Source of the DNA: Octopus vulgaris
Lineage: Eukaryota
Direction: 5' to 3'
DNA length: 64,000 nt
Assembly (NCBI GenBank): GCA_951406725.2
Contig: OX597819.1
Span: 40,920,001-40,984,000, forward strand
Positions 36,793 to 50,989 of this stretch are shown here, in pieces; positions within the stretch are counted from its first letter, which is position 1, and each line of letters opens with the position of its first letter. Both the position numbers and the translations under genes were made by a program. The notes beneath the pieces are model-generated. The model did no database searches. It was not told where the DNA came from and saw only the letters and a list, made by a program, of their open reading frames with translations.

Positions 36793-37985
36793 AAGACTGG
36801 AATATCTACAGTTTCCTGTGAGTTTTTTGAATTTCCCTCAAAATAAGTTAAGGAACTTACATATCTACAGCTTTCGAACACATGAACAATCATCTTTAAA
36901 ACCTTTAGTATCTACACCTTCTGTGAATACCTATCATTTCCTTTCCCCCGAGTATTCGAAAATGCAAATACTCTCTTTATTCCAAGAACATTACAGTTTT
37001 CTCTGTTCGGACAGACAAAAGACCATCTCCAGTAAATTTTAAAAACTTCATATCTACAATTTTCTGTAAAAAAATTTTACCTTCTTTTTCTTTCCGTTCC
37101 TTTTTCCCTGAATATTCGAAAATGTAAACATCCTTTTTATTGTAAAAAAAAACATCACAGTTTTCTCTGAACGGACATACAAATGAACACCTCAAAAAAT
37201 TTAGAAACTTTAATATCTCCAATTTTGTGTGAACATTTTTTTTTTGTTTTCTTCCCTGACTAACAGAATATGTAAACATGCCTTTTATTGTAACTACACA
37301 ATTAAATGCACGATAAAAAATTAAGGAAGTAAGCACCTTCCAATATATACATACTGCGCAACTACAAAAGCTGTAAACCACAGCAAACGTTTTAAAAAGA
37401 AAGGAAAAATCCCCAAAGAAAAAGAAATTCAGAAATTCAAAAATCCAACAAGGTGAACATCTCTTCCTCTTAATATTCCCAAAGATTGGAATATCTACAA
37501 TTTCCTGGGAATATTTTAAATCTCCTTCAAAATAAAATAAGTTAGGAAACTTACATACCTACAGCTTACGAACACACAAACGATCAGCTTTGAAAAAAAA
37601 CCCCTTTAATATCTACAACTACTGTGTGAATACCTATCCTTTCCTCTCTCCCTGGGTATTTGAAAACGTAAACATCATCCTTCTTTTTATTTTAAGAACA
37701 CTACCATTTCTCTCTGTACGGTCATACAAAAGACCATATTTAGTAAATCTTAAAACTTTACTATCTACAAATTGTTTTCTTTCCTTTTTGACTCTCCCTG
37801 AGTATTCGAAAATGTAAACATCCTTTTCATTGCAAAAGTCCTACTGTATTCTCCAACTAGATGGACAAACGAACATCTCAAGAAAAATTCAAAACTTTAA
37901 TATATTGCCCAAATACATAAACACACCTTTTATTGCAACAACACAATTGAATTCAGAAATTCAAAAATTCAGCGACGTGAATATC
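36793..37985. repeat. Diverged tandem duplication (units start ~36793 and ~37481) built from ~150-bp subrepeats
   Basis: AAAGA(C/T)TGGAATATCTACA at both unit starts; recurrent ATATCTACA and G(A/G)TATT(C/T)GAAAA(T/C)G(C/T)AAA motifs. Confidence 0.75.
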
Positions 37986-37997
37986 AGTATATATGTG

Positions 37998-38087
<90 letters not shown>

Positions 38088-38105
38088 AATCTATCTGTCT
38101 GTCTA

Positions 38106-38146
<41 letters not shown>

Positions 38147-39223
38147 GTGTATGCATATGTATATAATATTGTTTTTTCTACCAGTAATTACAAATAGAGC
38201 ATGTTGAATTGCTTCTTTTCAAGGCAGCGCTCTCAGTGGCCACTGGTAGTAGTAAACATATTTGACCTCCGCTGACCTAAAGGGTGCGAAGATTCTTTTG
38301 TCTCTATGGCTGACTTCCCCATCATCTGCTGAATCTATTTATGGACCTGTAGAATATGATATACTCACCAAACTGCTACCCAACTATTTCTTTCAGAAAC
38401 CGCATACAAAACATTTAGTTGAAAATACTGAACATTTTGTAAAATCCTTTAATAATAAATTGAAATAGTAATAATGATGACAATGGTAGTGATGGTGATG
38501 GTAATAATGATAAAAAAAATAATAATACGCTGCAGTTGCTAATACTAAATACTACTCATACTACAATACTACTACAACTACTACTATTATGATAATACAG
38601 GAATCTGAGGCCCAACTACCACCCTTACTGCAACCCCACCCCTGCTACTGTTGCTGTTGCTGCAACCATTGCTGCTACTACACATAAAAACAATAATATC
38701 AGTGATAACAGTGATGATAATAGTAATAATAATAATAATAATGAAAGGAAACGAGTGGGATCTCCCCATGGGCTGATTAATGATTCATCTAGTGAGGGTG
38801 TCACAATAAAAACACTGGTAATTGTGCAACCTGATAATCGCTACCTCATATGAGTGACAATGAAAAAACAAAATATTGTGAATCACGGTGGTAATGAAAC
38901 TGAAGCCAGTGATGGTGACAGTGTTACACCCGGTAGGCTCAGAGATTCTGGTCCGACTCCAGCCGGTCTATATCCAGAAAGAGACCACCACACATGGTGT
39001 TGATGGAGCAAGAAAATTATTTTCATGTTAATTAATAATTATTAATTATTAATTAACATGAAAATAATTATATGTTTTTATGGAAAACCTCTATAAACGG
39101 CTGATGATTGCTCAACATTTTAAAACTGTTGTAATACTTACAATGTTTAATAAAATGATGTAGCGTGAAACGATCGTACCAAATTACCGAAGATATTCTT
39201 GTTGCTTATTTTGATTATATATA

Positions 39224-40509
39224 CGAGGGGCGTTCAATAAGTAATGACCCTGACCCACTTCCCATAGCAGTAGAGCAACGAAACTTGGCACAGTTATTAG
39301 TCTTTTTCTACATAGGAACCACCCAGAGTTACGCATTTCTCCCATTGTTTGATGCAGCTTTGGAGACCGTTTTTGTAGAAGACCCCAGCTTGGTCCTCCA
39401 ACCTGAACGTGACTTCAGAAATCAAGGCTGCATCATCTGGGAAACGCTTTCCTTTCAAAAACAACTTCATGACTGGGAAGAGGTGAAAATCAGAGGGTGC
39501 AAGGTCAGGAAAGTAGGGGGATGGGGGAGGAGTTCATAGCCATACGCCTGTGCTTCTGATCTGGCGACAAGCGAGTTGTGGACCGGAGCGTTGTCCTGCA
39601 GGAGGAGGATGCTTTGCTGATCTTGCCCCGCCTCTTGATTTTGATAACTTCTCTTAATTTCCTCAAAAGTGAAGCATAATAAGCTCCTGCAATTGTGGTA
39701 CCCTTTGCCAGGAAATCTGTCATCACTTCTCCATCCTGGTCCCAGAAGACTGTGAGCATGACCTTGCCAGCGGAGGGCTGCACCCTTTCCTTCTTTGGAG
39801 GGGGTGAGTTACGGTGCTTCCACTGCATTGACTGGGCTTTGGTCTCTGGATCATCGTGATGGACCCAGGTTTCATCCTGTATAATCAGTCTTTTGAAAAA
39901 TTTTGACTCATCTTCTTGGCACATCTCCAAATTCACCCTCGAGCACTCGACGCGTTCTTGCTTCTGGAAAGGCGTGAGCAACCTGGGAATCCATCTGGCA
40001 GACACCTTGACACCTTTTGCATATGCAAATGGTCATGAATGATAGTTTCCACAGACCCGGTACTAATCTTGACCTCATGGGCTATTTGGCGAATAATTAT
40101 GCGTCGATCTTCCAAAATGGCAGCCTCAACTTGACGGACAGATGCCTCATCAATGGCAGAAGGGGCGACCAGATCTGGGAGCTGTTTCCACAGAGTTACG
40201 ACCATGTTTGAATTCACGATGCCAGCGTTTTACAAGGTCATATGATGGGGCATCATCACCATAAGTTACTTTCATTTCATCAAAAGTCTCCCGTGGTGTG
40301 CGTCCTTTCAAATACAAAAACCGGATCACTGCTCGACACTCAACAGGCTCCATTTCACACTTGACTCGGTTCAAACACCTGTAAATCAGAAACCAGAGCT
40401 GTAATTTGCCACTTACTCTATAGAGATATAAATGATTGCACATGCAAAATTTCAGCTAGATCAAACAACTGCAAGTGGGTCAGAGGCATTACTTATTGAA
40501 CGTCCCTCG
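39224..40509 (-). mobile_element. Full-length (1286 bp) mariner transposon, frameshifted DD34D-type transposase (~40353 to 39297)
   Basis: TIRs CGAGGGGCGTTCAATAAGTAATG / CATTACTTATTGAACGTCCCTCG, TA on both sides; MEPVECRAVIRFLYLKG, WIPRLLT, QDETWVHH, QDNAP, PDLAPSDFHLF. Confidence 0.95.
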
Positions 40510-41249
40510 TATATATATGTTAATTTTGATTTTAGATTAAGAAATAATGCTTATCTTTTTTATTGTGAAATTTAACGAGTGTACTGAAAATATACTGTTA
40601 TGTTGGTAATTGTGACGACATATCCGGTTACAATAAGCAGATGCTCTGTAAAGTATCTTTGACAAAGACGATTTCATATATTCAGAATACTCTATGAAAG
40701 TAGCTACGTGTCTTTTGCGAAAGAGTTACTGTCGTTTACAGTAGTGTTGTGTATTTGTTTTACATTTGTTACACAGTGATTTCAACTTAATTTTGTTTTT
40801 ATATAATTGAGAAATGTCATGACATTTCTAATCTATGGCATATTTGAATTTTATATTATAGATTTAAGTTTTGAGAACATGACCAAAGTTTATGCAAATT
40901 ATGGTCACTTTTCTTTGGGGTGTTCTCGTCAATGGAGTCGATACTATTCCTACTTTTCTGTTGAGGCAGGTGATGGTAAGAATATTTGTTCAGGCTGTCT
41001 GCGATCTGAGTTCAACTTTCATCGAATTTAATTTCGCCTTTCATTCTTTCGACGTCGATAAAATGAAGCCCCAATTAGAGCATCGGACAAAATGCCTTGT
41101 GGTATTTGTTCTGAGTTCTTGATGGTTGCCACTCGATTTAACACTTGGGCCTTGGGTACCTTTAGTGGAGTTCACTATGTTAGAATAACCTGGCGCCAGG
41201 CTCGCCGTCTAATTACTCCCTTCCTTCCCAGGTTCCTCAAACCAGCTTG

Positions 41250-41640
41250 CTCTTCTCTCCCTGGTCGTCAAATAAACAAACAAAAAAGAGAAAATCATTC
41301 AACTGATTGGCAAATACTCACTCATTAGTACCTTGTAAACTCTAGACAATTGAATCACTGTCTCCTCCTCCTTCTCCCTATCTCTCTTATCCCTACTACA
41401 ACGGCCTTTGCTCCTTTAATTAATTACATGCCAGCTCATTCCTAGCTCACCCATTCCTTCTCCTCACGTCACTCCAACTATGCCTCACACTCGCTAAACC
41501 CCAGACAAAGTGTTTTATTCCAGTCTTTCCTTTCCGGAACGTCAGCCCCATGGAATTACCCCTACATCCACATCTTTCCAACTGTCGTTGATCTATTCAA
41601 GCTAAACATCAGCTGCAGTAATCTCGCCGGTGTCAAATGA
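41250..41640 (+). pseudogene. Highly degenerate CR1/Jockey-like LINE ORF2 3' end
   Basis: Fragments YYNGLCS, QSFLSGTSAPWN, HIFPTVVDLFKLNI resemble CR1-type C-termini. Confidence 0.45.
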
Positions 41641-42495
41641 CTTCCATAGATCATGGGCGTCGCTTCTCTTCTAGCTTACAACAGTAGAAACAACGCCTTC
41701 AGTTATGTTATCTTTTGAACATATCTTTGCTAACTTGTACACTATCTTTTCACCAACCCAATTAATTTCTGCCTCTAAATCCTTAGTAATATTAACTAAG
41801 TCTCGTCGACGTATTTCTGTTAGCTAAAACCTATATTTGATACAGTATTCTGTGCAGTGGTTCGACGTGCAAGAAATAACATCTAAATTTTCTTTAAATC
41901 AAACGATACAGGCTTTAAAAAGAAATAAGATTGATATTGTAGTACTGAATACAGTATGGCTGACAAAAAAAAAGAGAAGATAATCAAGGCTAGAATGCCT
42001 TTGATTCCAAATCTACTCTATTAAGATTGACCTGATGCTAAACAACAACAGCAGTAACCTTCCGCCTACATACCATTTAAATTAATTCATAAATCCTTCT
42101 CTAATTCAATAATAATTCTTTACTGATTTATAAATCGTCCGTCTTATAGCTAGAACCAGTGGTCCTTTTCGGCGGCTTGGGATAGGGTTCCAACCGATTA
42201 GTTTCAGTGTTACTAAAGATTCATGAAAATATCTACTTGGCCCTTCCAAAATGTCTAGATGACGTAGCTGATGGCGATTTATTGAAAATATAAATAAAAC
42301 TAAGCTTGGCCCAGCTCATTTGTATAGCTTCCCAGCGAAGCTAATTACATATAACCTCTGTGAGGTCTCTCGATTACGTCCATACTAAAACATAAATAAG
42401 TAGTTCCAATGATCAGAAATTGGGAATACTCATCGTCGATGACAGACGGAGGATGAATATATTTTTATATTTTTTAAATATACATTCACAGTATA

Positions 42496-42894
42496 GGCAC
42501 AGTAGTGGCTGTGTGGTAAGTAGCTTGCTAACCAACCACATGGTTCCGGGTTCAGTCCCACTGCGTGGCATCTTGGGCAAGTGTCTTCTGCTATAGCCCC
42601 GGGCCGACCAATGCCTTGTGAGTGGATTTGGTAGACGGAAACTGAAAGAAGCCCGTCGTATATATGTATATATATATATATGTGTGTGTGTTTGTGTGTC
42701 TGTGTTTGTCCCCCTAGCATTGCTTGACAACCGATGCTGGTGTGTTTACGTCCCCGTCACCTAGCGGTTCGGCAAAAGAGACCGATATAATAAGTACTGG
42801 GCTTACAAAGAATAAGTCCCGGGGTCGATTTGCTCGACTAAAGGCGGTGCTCCAGCATGGCCGCAGTCAAATGACTGAAACAAGTAAAAGAGAG
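42496..42894 (+). mobile_element. SINE family A, full length
   Basis: Near-identical to 25375-25774. Confidence 0.88.
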
Positions 42895-43594
42895 AAAAAA
42901 AAAAGAGATTCAATACTACTTGACTACGTGCAATGTGTTTGAAAGCGTCTATGACAGATGTGTGGGCGAAGAGAACAATACTAAAAAGATAGTTGTGTGA
43001 TAAGGCAGTCAATAAAAGTAGAGTTTATATGAGCGATATTAGGTGAAGTAAGTGCAGAGGCTAGGCCAAACATGGTAAATGTGTCCCAGATCATGCTATC
43101 TACGTGATATAGTTGTTTTATGTGCGAATAGCGCGTCTAATTGCACACAAGTAGTTTTTAGCCCGGTTGGTGATGACTTTCTTGGTGGGTCGTTGTGTGC
43201 TCACAAGAAGAAAGCGGGAAATATGAAGAGGGCACAACGAAAGAACTGGGTGTTTAGAGGGAGGAGTCATGAATTTTCTTAGATTCAAAAATATTTCAAC
43301 CAAGTACGTTTCTTACATACAAAGATATTTTCAAATTTTTTTTTTGTCGAGAGAAAATATGAATAATAATGATTGTGCTATCAGGTGGGCGTCAAAGCTC
43401 AATATAAGTTCGTTGTATTAATCCTCATCTTCTATAATATCCGTGAATGATTAAACACTGAGCACACAAGTCCAAGTAGTTATCTAGAAAAGAGTACATG
43501 CCGGATGGTAAAAGTTTCAGAAACTATGGACAATAAATAAACCACAGTCCACAGTTAACTTTTGTTTTATTAAATTAATCTTTTTTTTTTCTTT

Positions 43595-44220
43595 TGTAGC
43601 GTACACTCTAGTGAAATTCTATACATACATACGAACGTAATAGATAGCAGCTAGCGTTTGGCCGCATTTTGAACCCTGTTGTGTACACTACTCTGATTGG
43701 TTGGCATTGGCTCAATTTGTCTCTTACTCAATTGCGCCAATGCGCAGCGTATAACCAATCGAAGCACCTAAATAAGGTCACGTGTGACAGCCTGTTTTGA
43801 GCCTACAACTCCTTATAAAAACCCAGCTTCTCCTCATCTCGATGTCTTTCGGTTCCAGACCTTTTAAGGTCTAGCCACTGACCACAAAAATTATAATGGA
43901 AGAAGGAGATACTCCACAGGTATCATAAGCCTTCTATTCCATTATAAAATGGTGCCACCATTGTCCTAACGTCAACATCTCTCTACGTACACAACTCAAC
44001 AAGCAACTCGCCCTGGTTACAACACTGCACTGTTCGTGAATTACTTCACCATGGATCAACAACGAAAACACAACCTGCGAGAACTCCTGTACCAAGTGAC
44101 CCAGGCAGCAGCATCACAGCCACAACTTCACGCTAGCCAAAGGTTAGCTGTTATCTACAACGTTCGTATGTATGTATATATAATAGAGAGGTGAGGAATT
44201 TCACTCGAGTGTACGCTACA
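43595..44220. mobile_element. 626-bp element with TGT...ACA ends, ~70-bp imperfect TIRs and 4-bp TSD (non-autonomous Ginger-like element or solo LTR)
   Basis: TGTAGCGTACACTCTAGTGAAATTC / GAATTTCACTCGAGTGTACGCTACA; CTTT at 43591-43594 and 44221-44224; internal CCAAT/ATTGG boxes and TATAAAA. Confidence 0.85.
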
Positions 44221-45336
44221 CTTTCTTCGTTTTGAAAATCTTTAGATGGGACATTTGTAAAACGTTATTCAGTGAAAGGGAGTAGGGATGTGCGACAAAA
44301 AGCTGAGAGTCAGTGTTGCATACAAAAAAAAAATAGTAATTCTCTTTTCATCGATTTGGCAGATATGGAAAAGACCATTGCTTCGCCGAGGCGGTCTAGA
44401 AGACAAAAAAAAAAAACGTCTGGCTCTGTTACCCATTCTTGACAAAATCAGATCAAAATAATATTAGTTATTGCACCAGTTATTTCTTCTCACCACCAAA
44501 TTAAAGCTATTGATTAATCCGAGTTTTTTTTCTCTTCTTTAAGTTTTATGGGATTAACTCGTTCGAAACAGTACACGAGGGACCTGATGATGGTAGGCGT
44601 CAGCAAATACAACGCACAAACAGAGTTGAAGAATTCGTTTAAATAAATTATTTCCTTAAATCTAAAAATACTTCATACTGCAGTTAATATAAAATTTTCT
44701 AATTAGAGAAAAAAAAATAATAATAAAAAGAACCACCCTCACAAAAAGTAGTGCGAATACATTTTCTTAATCTTTTGCTTGTCTTGTGTATCACAAGTGA
44801 TAAACAGAACATATTTCTCTGGCATCCATGCATCAAATATATAGTTCACATTCCCATACTTTTTCAATCACCCGAGAAACTTGAGACTTAAGAAACGAAA
44901 GCTTTATATTATTTAGAATGTATGGAACAAGAGCTAACTAAAAGCTTGGAAACAATCATAGATATTCAGGAGAAAACTTCTGAAAATGCATTGCACAGGT
45001 AAAGAGTTAATATACTACAATATAGTAAGGGTTTTCAAACGGAAAATATACCTTCCCTCTCCAAAAGAAAAAAAAAAAAGTGAATTTTTTTGTAGTGCGA
45101 AGACAAAATAGTTTGCATCCCATCTGTAGAGTTCTTTTTTCTTCTCTATAGTGTTAATCAAGCTTAATGACTTCAAAACAAACTACATCTTATTAAAGAA
45201 AGGCAATTTTTTGCCCCGCAGCTTTATCAATCTTTACAGTCATCAGCTCCTTACGAGGGACATTGTATTATTGTCATATTTTCAATAACATAAAATATAG
45301 CCAAAACATTAGCAACTTGCATAGATAGATAGACAC

Positions 45337-45391
<55 letters not shown>

Positions 45392-45412
45392 CATGCACAC
45401 CATTATCCTCAG

Positions 45413-45480
<68 letters not shown>

Positions 45481-45942
45481 GCAGGTGTAGCTGTGCCACT
45501 ACCACTACCTTCTGCAGCAACTGCAGCCACATCGTCGTCGCGTTACCGTGCCTACCTAATTTTACATTGGCACCAGTCTATTGTGACATCAGTATCTGAA
45601 AAGACACTGTTGTTATTCTATATATCGATGGCAGCGAAATTTGGCAGGTATGCAGTGAGCAGGCACCTACTACTGAGGAAGCAAAATATGCTGAAATCAC
45701 GCGATCTGGTAGTTCCGGCACCAATTCCAGACGATTCTCGTCTGCTGCGACATGTGTGACTGCTTTTAAGCACTGTGCGCCTGTATGAAAGGACCTCTCA
45801 CGGCGAATACCACAGTACTCGGCGTTCTAACAATATATCCGCGTTAAGGTGGATGTAATTTAATATCAATATATTTAGTATTTAAAGCAAGGAACAAAAA
45901 TATCCCCTATAAATATACACACGCACACACCCACACACACAC

Positions 45943-46000
<58 letters not shown>

Positions 46001-47038
46001 AAACAGTGGTAGAAAATGATATAAATTACTAACAAATATTATCTTCATTTTTGGTGATATTTACCAGAGACAACTCGAAACATGTTTCAGAGTTATTCTG
46101 ATTTCGTCATCAAAGTATCGCTTCCATGTTACTTAGCGAAGTAATAATGAATGAATCACAAAATAAATGTGTAAATGTTTCTATGTTTGTTGCCGTATGA
46201 AAATAGAAACGTGTGTAGCAATTAAATCGTACAGAAAAACCTTCTATCAAAAAAATTAGATTATTAAATAAAGCTAATTGGAAATCGATATACCAGCAGG
46301 GAAAATAGTAAACAAGCAAACTAAACAACATTTTATACTACTTAGTATATTATGTGAACTGGTTTTATTTACTCCTAATATGAAAATGACCTTATTGAAC
46401 TCAGAAAGTACAAGGAAGAAAATTTTGTAAAGTATTTTATCTGACGTTTTATCATTTTTACCAATCGACTGATTGTATATAGAAAAAAAATGAAATAAAA
46501 TAAAATGAAATGAAAGAAAAGTTCCAAGGTAATATTTACAAGAGACAGTAATGCGATATACCTTGGGTAATCTGATATATACCTTAGGTAGCCGAAAGCT
46601 ATCTTTGTCTGAACGACATTTGAAATCAGTATGGAGATTAAAATATAGCTTTTCTCGGCCTTATTATGTCTTAGTTTAAAGTTATTATTTTACAAACACA
46701 CACACACGCCCGTGTGTGTACGGGTAAGCACTTAAAGGTATTTAAACAACTTCAGAAAGACAATATATGTAATATATGTCCGTACGTATATTACATTGGT
46801 TTCGTCCTTTTCTACGGTTTATTTCGCTTTGTGCAGACCTGTGATAAGCCGGTAGTATACAGAGAAAATCGTACCATGAAAATTCACTCGTTTTTTCTCT
46901 CCATACTACTTTTAATCTATATTATGTTAGTTATTTCTTAATAAGTCCACCAGCTATTTACGACACTAGTGCCTGGGTAAACACAGAGGTTCTATATATC
47001 GCTGACCAGGGTATCGGATACTGTGTCTAGTTGGATGT

Positions 47039-47085
47039 CTGCCGCTGACAAGGCCGAGGAAGGCCGAAATAACATGATTCGGTAG
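47039..47085 (+). ncRNA. Degenerate hammerhead-like motif
   Basis: CTGCCG CTGACAA GGCC GAGGAA GGCC GAA ATAACATGAT T CGGTAG; stems I and II pair, but G8 is replaced by A. Confidence 0.45.
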
Positions 47086-47755
47086 TTCCAGCGGCTACGG
47101 CGGACGATTATCGCCTGCCAACGATAAATACATGAGTGCTTATATGCATCACAAGTCCACACGAAAAGTTCTTTCATTAAAAATTACGCAGTATTCTGTG
47201 TTCTAACACAACCTCCACTTTTAGTGGGTGATAAATAATACCTTTTGGTGTTACAGATTTGAGGCAATATATACAGAAAGACATACAGGCTCACATACAC
47301 GAGTATGTGTGTTTGTGTATTTAAGAAAAGCGTGTCTTTTATGATATATTTAAGATTCCCCCTTTCAGTTCTATTTTATTCACATAAGATATGGCTGTAG
47401 CTCTAATTATTTTAATTTTATATTGCTTATTGAGCGCTTTCAGTGTGAAGTAAAAGTTTCATAAAGAGATAAAGCTGAGAAAGGAAAAAATAGTTTCGTA
47501 AAATCTTCTCTAACAATCGCAAACTAACTCGACACATACCACACAAACCCCAACAATAGATCTTGGAATCTTAAAAACGCACCTAACTGCTTACAGGTTG
47601 AGGCCATTACGATCCCAGACCATGTTTAACAGCAATATCTGATGAAGCTTTAAGTCATATTTTGGAGACACCATGACTCAGTAAAACAGGGAATAGTTAT
47701 TGACCGAAATGCACACGGGTGCTGATGGACTGATTGTTAAATATTTTCTGTAGGA

Positions 47756-47970
47756 AAGGCGGCGAGTTGGCAGAATCGTTAGGAGACCGGGCAAAATGCT
47801 TAGTGGCATCTCGTCCGTCTTTACGTTCTGAGTTCAAATTCTGCTGGGACTGACTTTGTCTTTCATCCATTCGTGGTCGACGAAAATAAATACCAGTTGA
47901 GCATTGGGGTCGATTTAATCGACTTAACACCTCCACCAAAACCGCTGTCCTTGTCCCAAAATTTGAAGCA
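47756..47970 (+). mobile_element. SINE family B, diverged
   Basis: GGCGGCGAGTTGGCAGAATCGTTAG...GAGTTCAAATTC. Confidence 0.8.
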
Positions 47971-48769
47971 AATATTTCCAGCAGCGATTTCTCCAGGTAC
48001 CGCTTTTAATAAAAAAAAATTTCTTTTCAAATTTCATTTTGTTATTTGATAAAGAAAGGTATAAAAAAATGTGCTGCAATGCTACAGGTAATATGAACTC
48101 AATTTTTGTTCGATACATATGGCACGAAAACCTAAGCTTGGGGTGAATTGGAAACCTGAGACTAGCCATATTTTGACATTTTTTATGGAATTATTTTCTC
48201 TAGTGCGAATATACATTGAGTTCTTTAATGCGATATCAATAATCAAGGTCTGTATTTCAAAGCATTTTTTTTCAATTTCCTTCTTTATTTCTTTATTTTC
48301 TCGTTTTTGTATGATTAACCTAGAGTACTTCATTTCTCATTCACAATGTTTTGTTTTTCATAAGGAGACCACACACACATACACACACAAACTCACACAC
48401 ACATAAACACACATACACATACACACGTAGTTGCAATGATATGTGCGCATATACAAGACATGTATGTACATGTAATACATATCCATATATGTGTAATGTG
48501 TATACTTATATGTAGATGTGTGTGTGTGATACACGTGTGTGTTTGTGAAGACACACACACACAGAGTTGCACAACATACATGCATCCTTTGAGATCTGAA
48601 TATGTGTGTGTGTGTGTACGCGCTCACGTGTACGTGTGTGTAATATGAATACATAAAATATATGTATAAACATGATATATATACATTTATGCGAGCATTT
48701 CTGCCCGCTATACAGGAGTAAATCATAGAACAGCACAGAAAGGACCAGAAATAAGATAGATAAGACCAA

Positions 48770-49190
48770 CCCATGGTATGACAACCAGAATATCATGTTC
48801 ATTGATGCAACCCCCAGTGGCAAACCAGCATACCTTTTTAGCTAAACATAAAGTAAGGCTAATCTACAGATTAAAGTAGTAGAAAGGTCTGGTGTTTTTA
48901 TAAAATCCATCCCTGATCTGTAGAACTTAGCCCTTTGATAAGTTCCCATTTACAGAAAACAATTGCATTGTATGTAGGATGAATCCACGGGTTAACTGTA
49001 AGGTTAAGAATATAGTGTATAGCTTACGATGTTCTGAGGGACGAGACAGAAACATAACAATTACTTACAGCGTAGAGACTGCTCGCAGCATAAGGGAATA
49101 TACAGGTGACCACTGGCGAGAGCTCAAACACGAGAAAGGCACGTCAGTGCTCTACCAACATCTTCATGCAGAACATAGAGGTTAAGGTAT
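48770..49190 (+). pseudogene. Degenerate PLE GIY-YIG fragment (related to 24440-24765)
   Basis: CIVCRMNPRVNCKVKNIVYSLRCSEG..NITITYSVETARSIRE...LYQHLHAEH. Confidence 0.6.
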
Positions 49191-49454
49191 TATTGACGCA
49201 TAGAACTGACACAACACTTAGATCACAGAGACTACACATATACTAATAGACAGACCGAGCCTCAATAGAAAACACGAATGGAGCAATAACGCCCACCAAT
49301 ACACCACACAACATGACGAATAAAGACAGAAGGGAGGAGAAGAGAGATAAAAATTAAAAAAAACAGATACAAACAGGGTAATAGACACACAATAAACATG
49401 TATGCACATACCTGTGATAAATATATTACACACAAAAACTCATACAATGACTTC

Positions 49455-49513
<59 letters not shown>

Positions 49514-49559
49514 CATACATACATACATACATACATACATACATACATACATACATACA

Positions 49560-49593
<34 letters not shown>

Positions 49594-49658
49594 CATATAC
49601 GTATATATGTTTGTATACATTTGTATATTTGTGTCTGTATATTCATATGTATATGTGT

Positions 49659-50010
49659 GGAGGTGCAGTCGCCCAACGGATAGGGTAGCGGACTCGCGGT
49701 CGTAGGATCGCGGTTTCGATTCCCAGACCGGGGCGCTGTGAGTGTTTATTGAGCAAAAACACCTAAAGCTCCACGAAGCTCCGGCAGGAGGTGGTGGTGA
49801 ACCCTCCTGTTCTCTTTTACCACAACTTTCTCTCACTCTTTTTCCCTGTTTCTGCTGTACGTGTAATTCGAAGGGCCAGCCTTGTCACGCTCTGTGTCAC
49901 GCTGAATCTGCTTGAGAACTACATTAAGGGTACACGTGTCTGTGGAGTGCTCAGCCACTTGCACGTTAATTTCACAAGCTGGCTATTACGTTAATCGGAT
50001 CAACCAACGG
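49659..50010 (+). mobile_element. tRNA-derived SINE family C
   Basis: tRNA-like head ...AGGGTAGCGGACTCGCGGTCGTAGGATCGCGGTTTCGATTCCC; related heads at 52128 and 55616. Confidence 0.8.
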
Positions 50011-50093
50011 AGTGCCACGTATGTATATGTTTTTATATATATATATGCTTATATATACATACAGACACATGCAAATATATACATACACACATA

Positions 50094-50135
<42 letters not shown>

Positions 50136-50155
50136 TACGCACACATACGTACATA

Positions 50156-50783
50156 CAGGTAGTGATGGGTAAACTGTCACCATTTTATATTTTTGTTTCA
50201 CGCATGCGCATTGTTTGTCTGGAGTAATCACTAGTGATTTCCACGTTATGTATCCCTTTATCTTCCTGCACGGCCATAGACTCAACACGGAGGCCAACAT
50301 CAAGTGCCTGGAGAAGGTAGTGCTGCCCTGGGTCAAATAGGTGTGTGCTGGACGACCCTATGTCTGGCAACACGATCCTGCACCATTCCACACAAGCAGG
50401 AGTACCCAAGCAGGGCTGTCAGAAATTTCTGCGACCACATCACACCAAACATCTGGCCACTTAATTCCCCAGAAAACAACCTCCATGGTTATTATGTGTG
50501 GGGCGCAGCTGAGCGAGAGACCAACAAAACTCCTTGTAACATCAAAGATGAATTAAAAGCAAAGATTATGGCAGCATTCACCAACTTAAACAAAGAGACC
50601 ATCCAGAAGAGTTGCAAGAGATTCTGAAGTCGTCTGGTGGCCGTAGTTGAAGCCAATGGCGATTTTATTGAATAAATTTACTGTTTGGTATTTCAAGATA
50701 TTTTTATGTAAATTTGGTAAGAATATTTGTTAAAATTAGACATGTTTGCGTAATTTACACGACAATTTATTCACCGCATCCTG
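50156..50783 (+). mobile_element. Internally deleted Tc1/mariner-superfamily (maT-like) element
   Basis: YVWQHDPAPFHTSR, WPLNSPENN..GYYVWGAAER, SRLVAVVEANGDFIE; degenerate TIRs starting CAGG with TA flanks. Confidence 0.75.
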
Positions 50784-50873
50784 TACATATGTATGTATGC
50801 ATATGTATATGTATATATATATGCATATATATATGCATATGTATATGCATATGTATATGCATATGTATATGCA

Positions 50874-50928
<55 letters not shown>

Positions 50929-50944
50929 GATCCCAAAAAGAAGA

Positions 50945-50985
<41 letters not shown>

Positions 50986-50989
50986 GATC

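Noticed and set aside
42413-43012. Recurrent 60-110 aa ORFs such as [21 protein letters not shown]
   Set aside because: Antisense translations of SINE family A; their recurrence reflects the repeat, not a gene family
49659-49740. tRNA-like sequences at SINE heads (also 52128 and 55616)
   Set aside because: A and B boxes are present, but there is no complete cloverleaf and they run into SINE bodies; not tRNA genes
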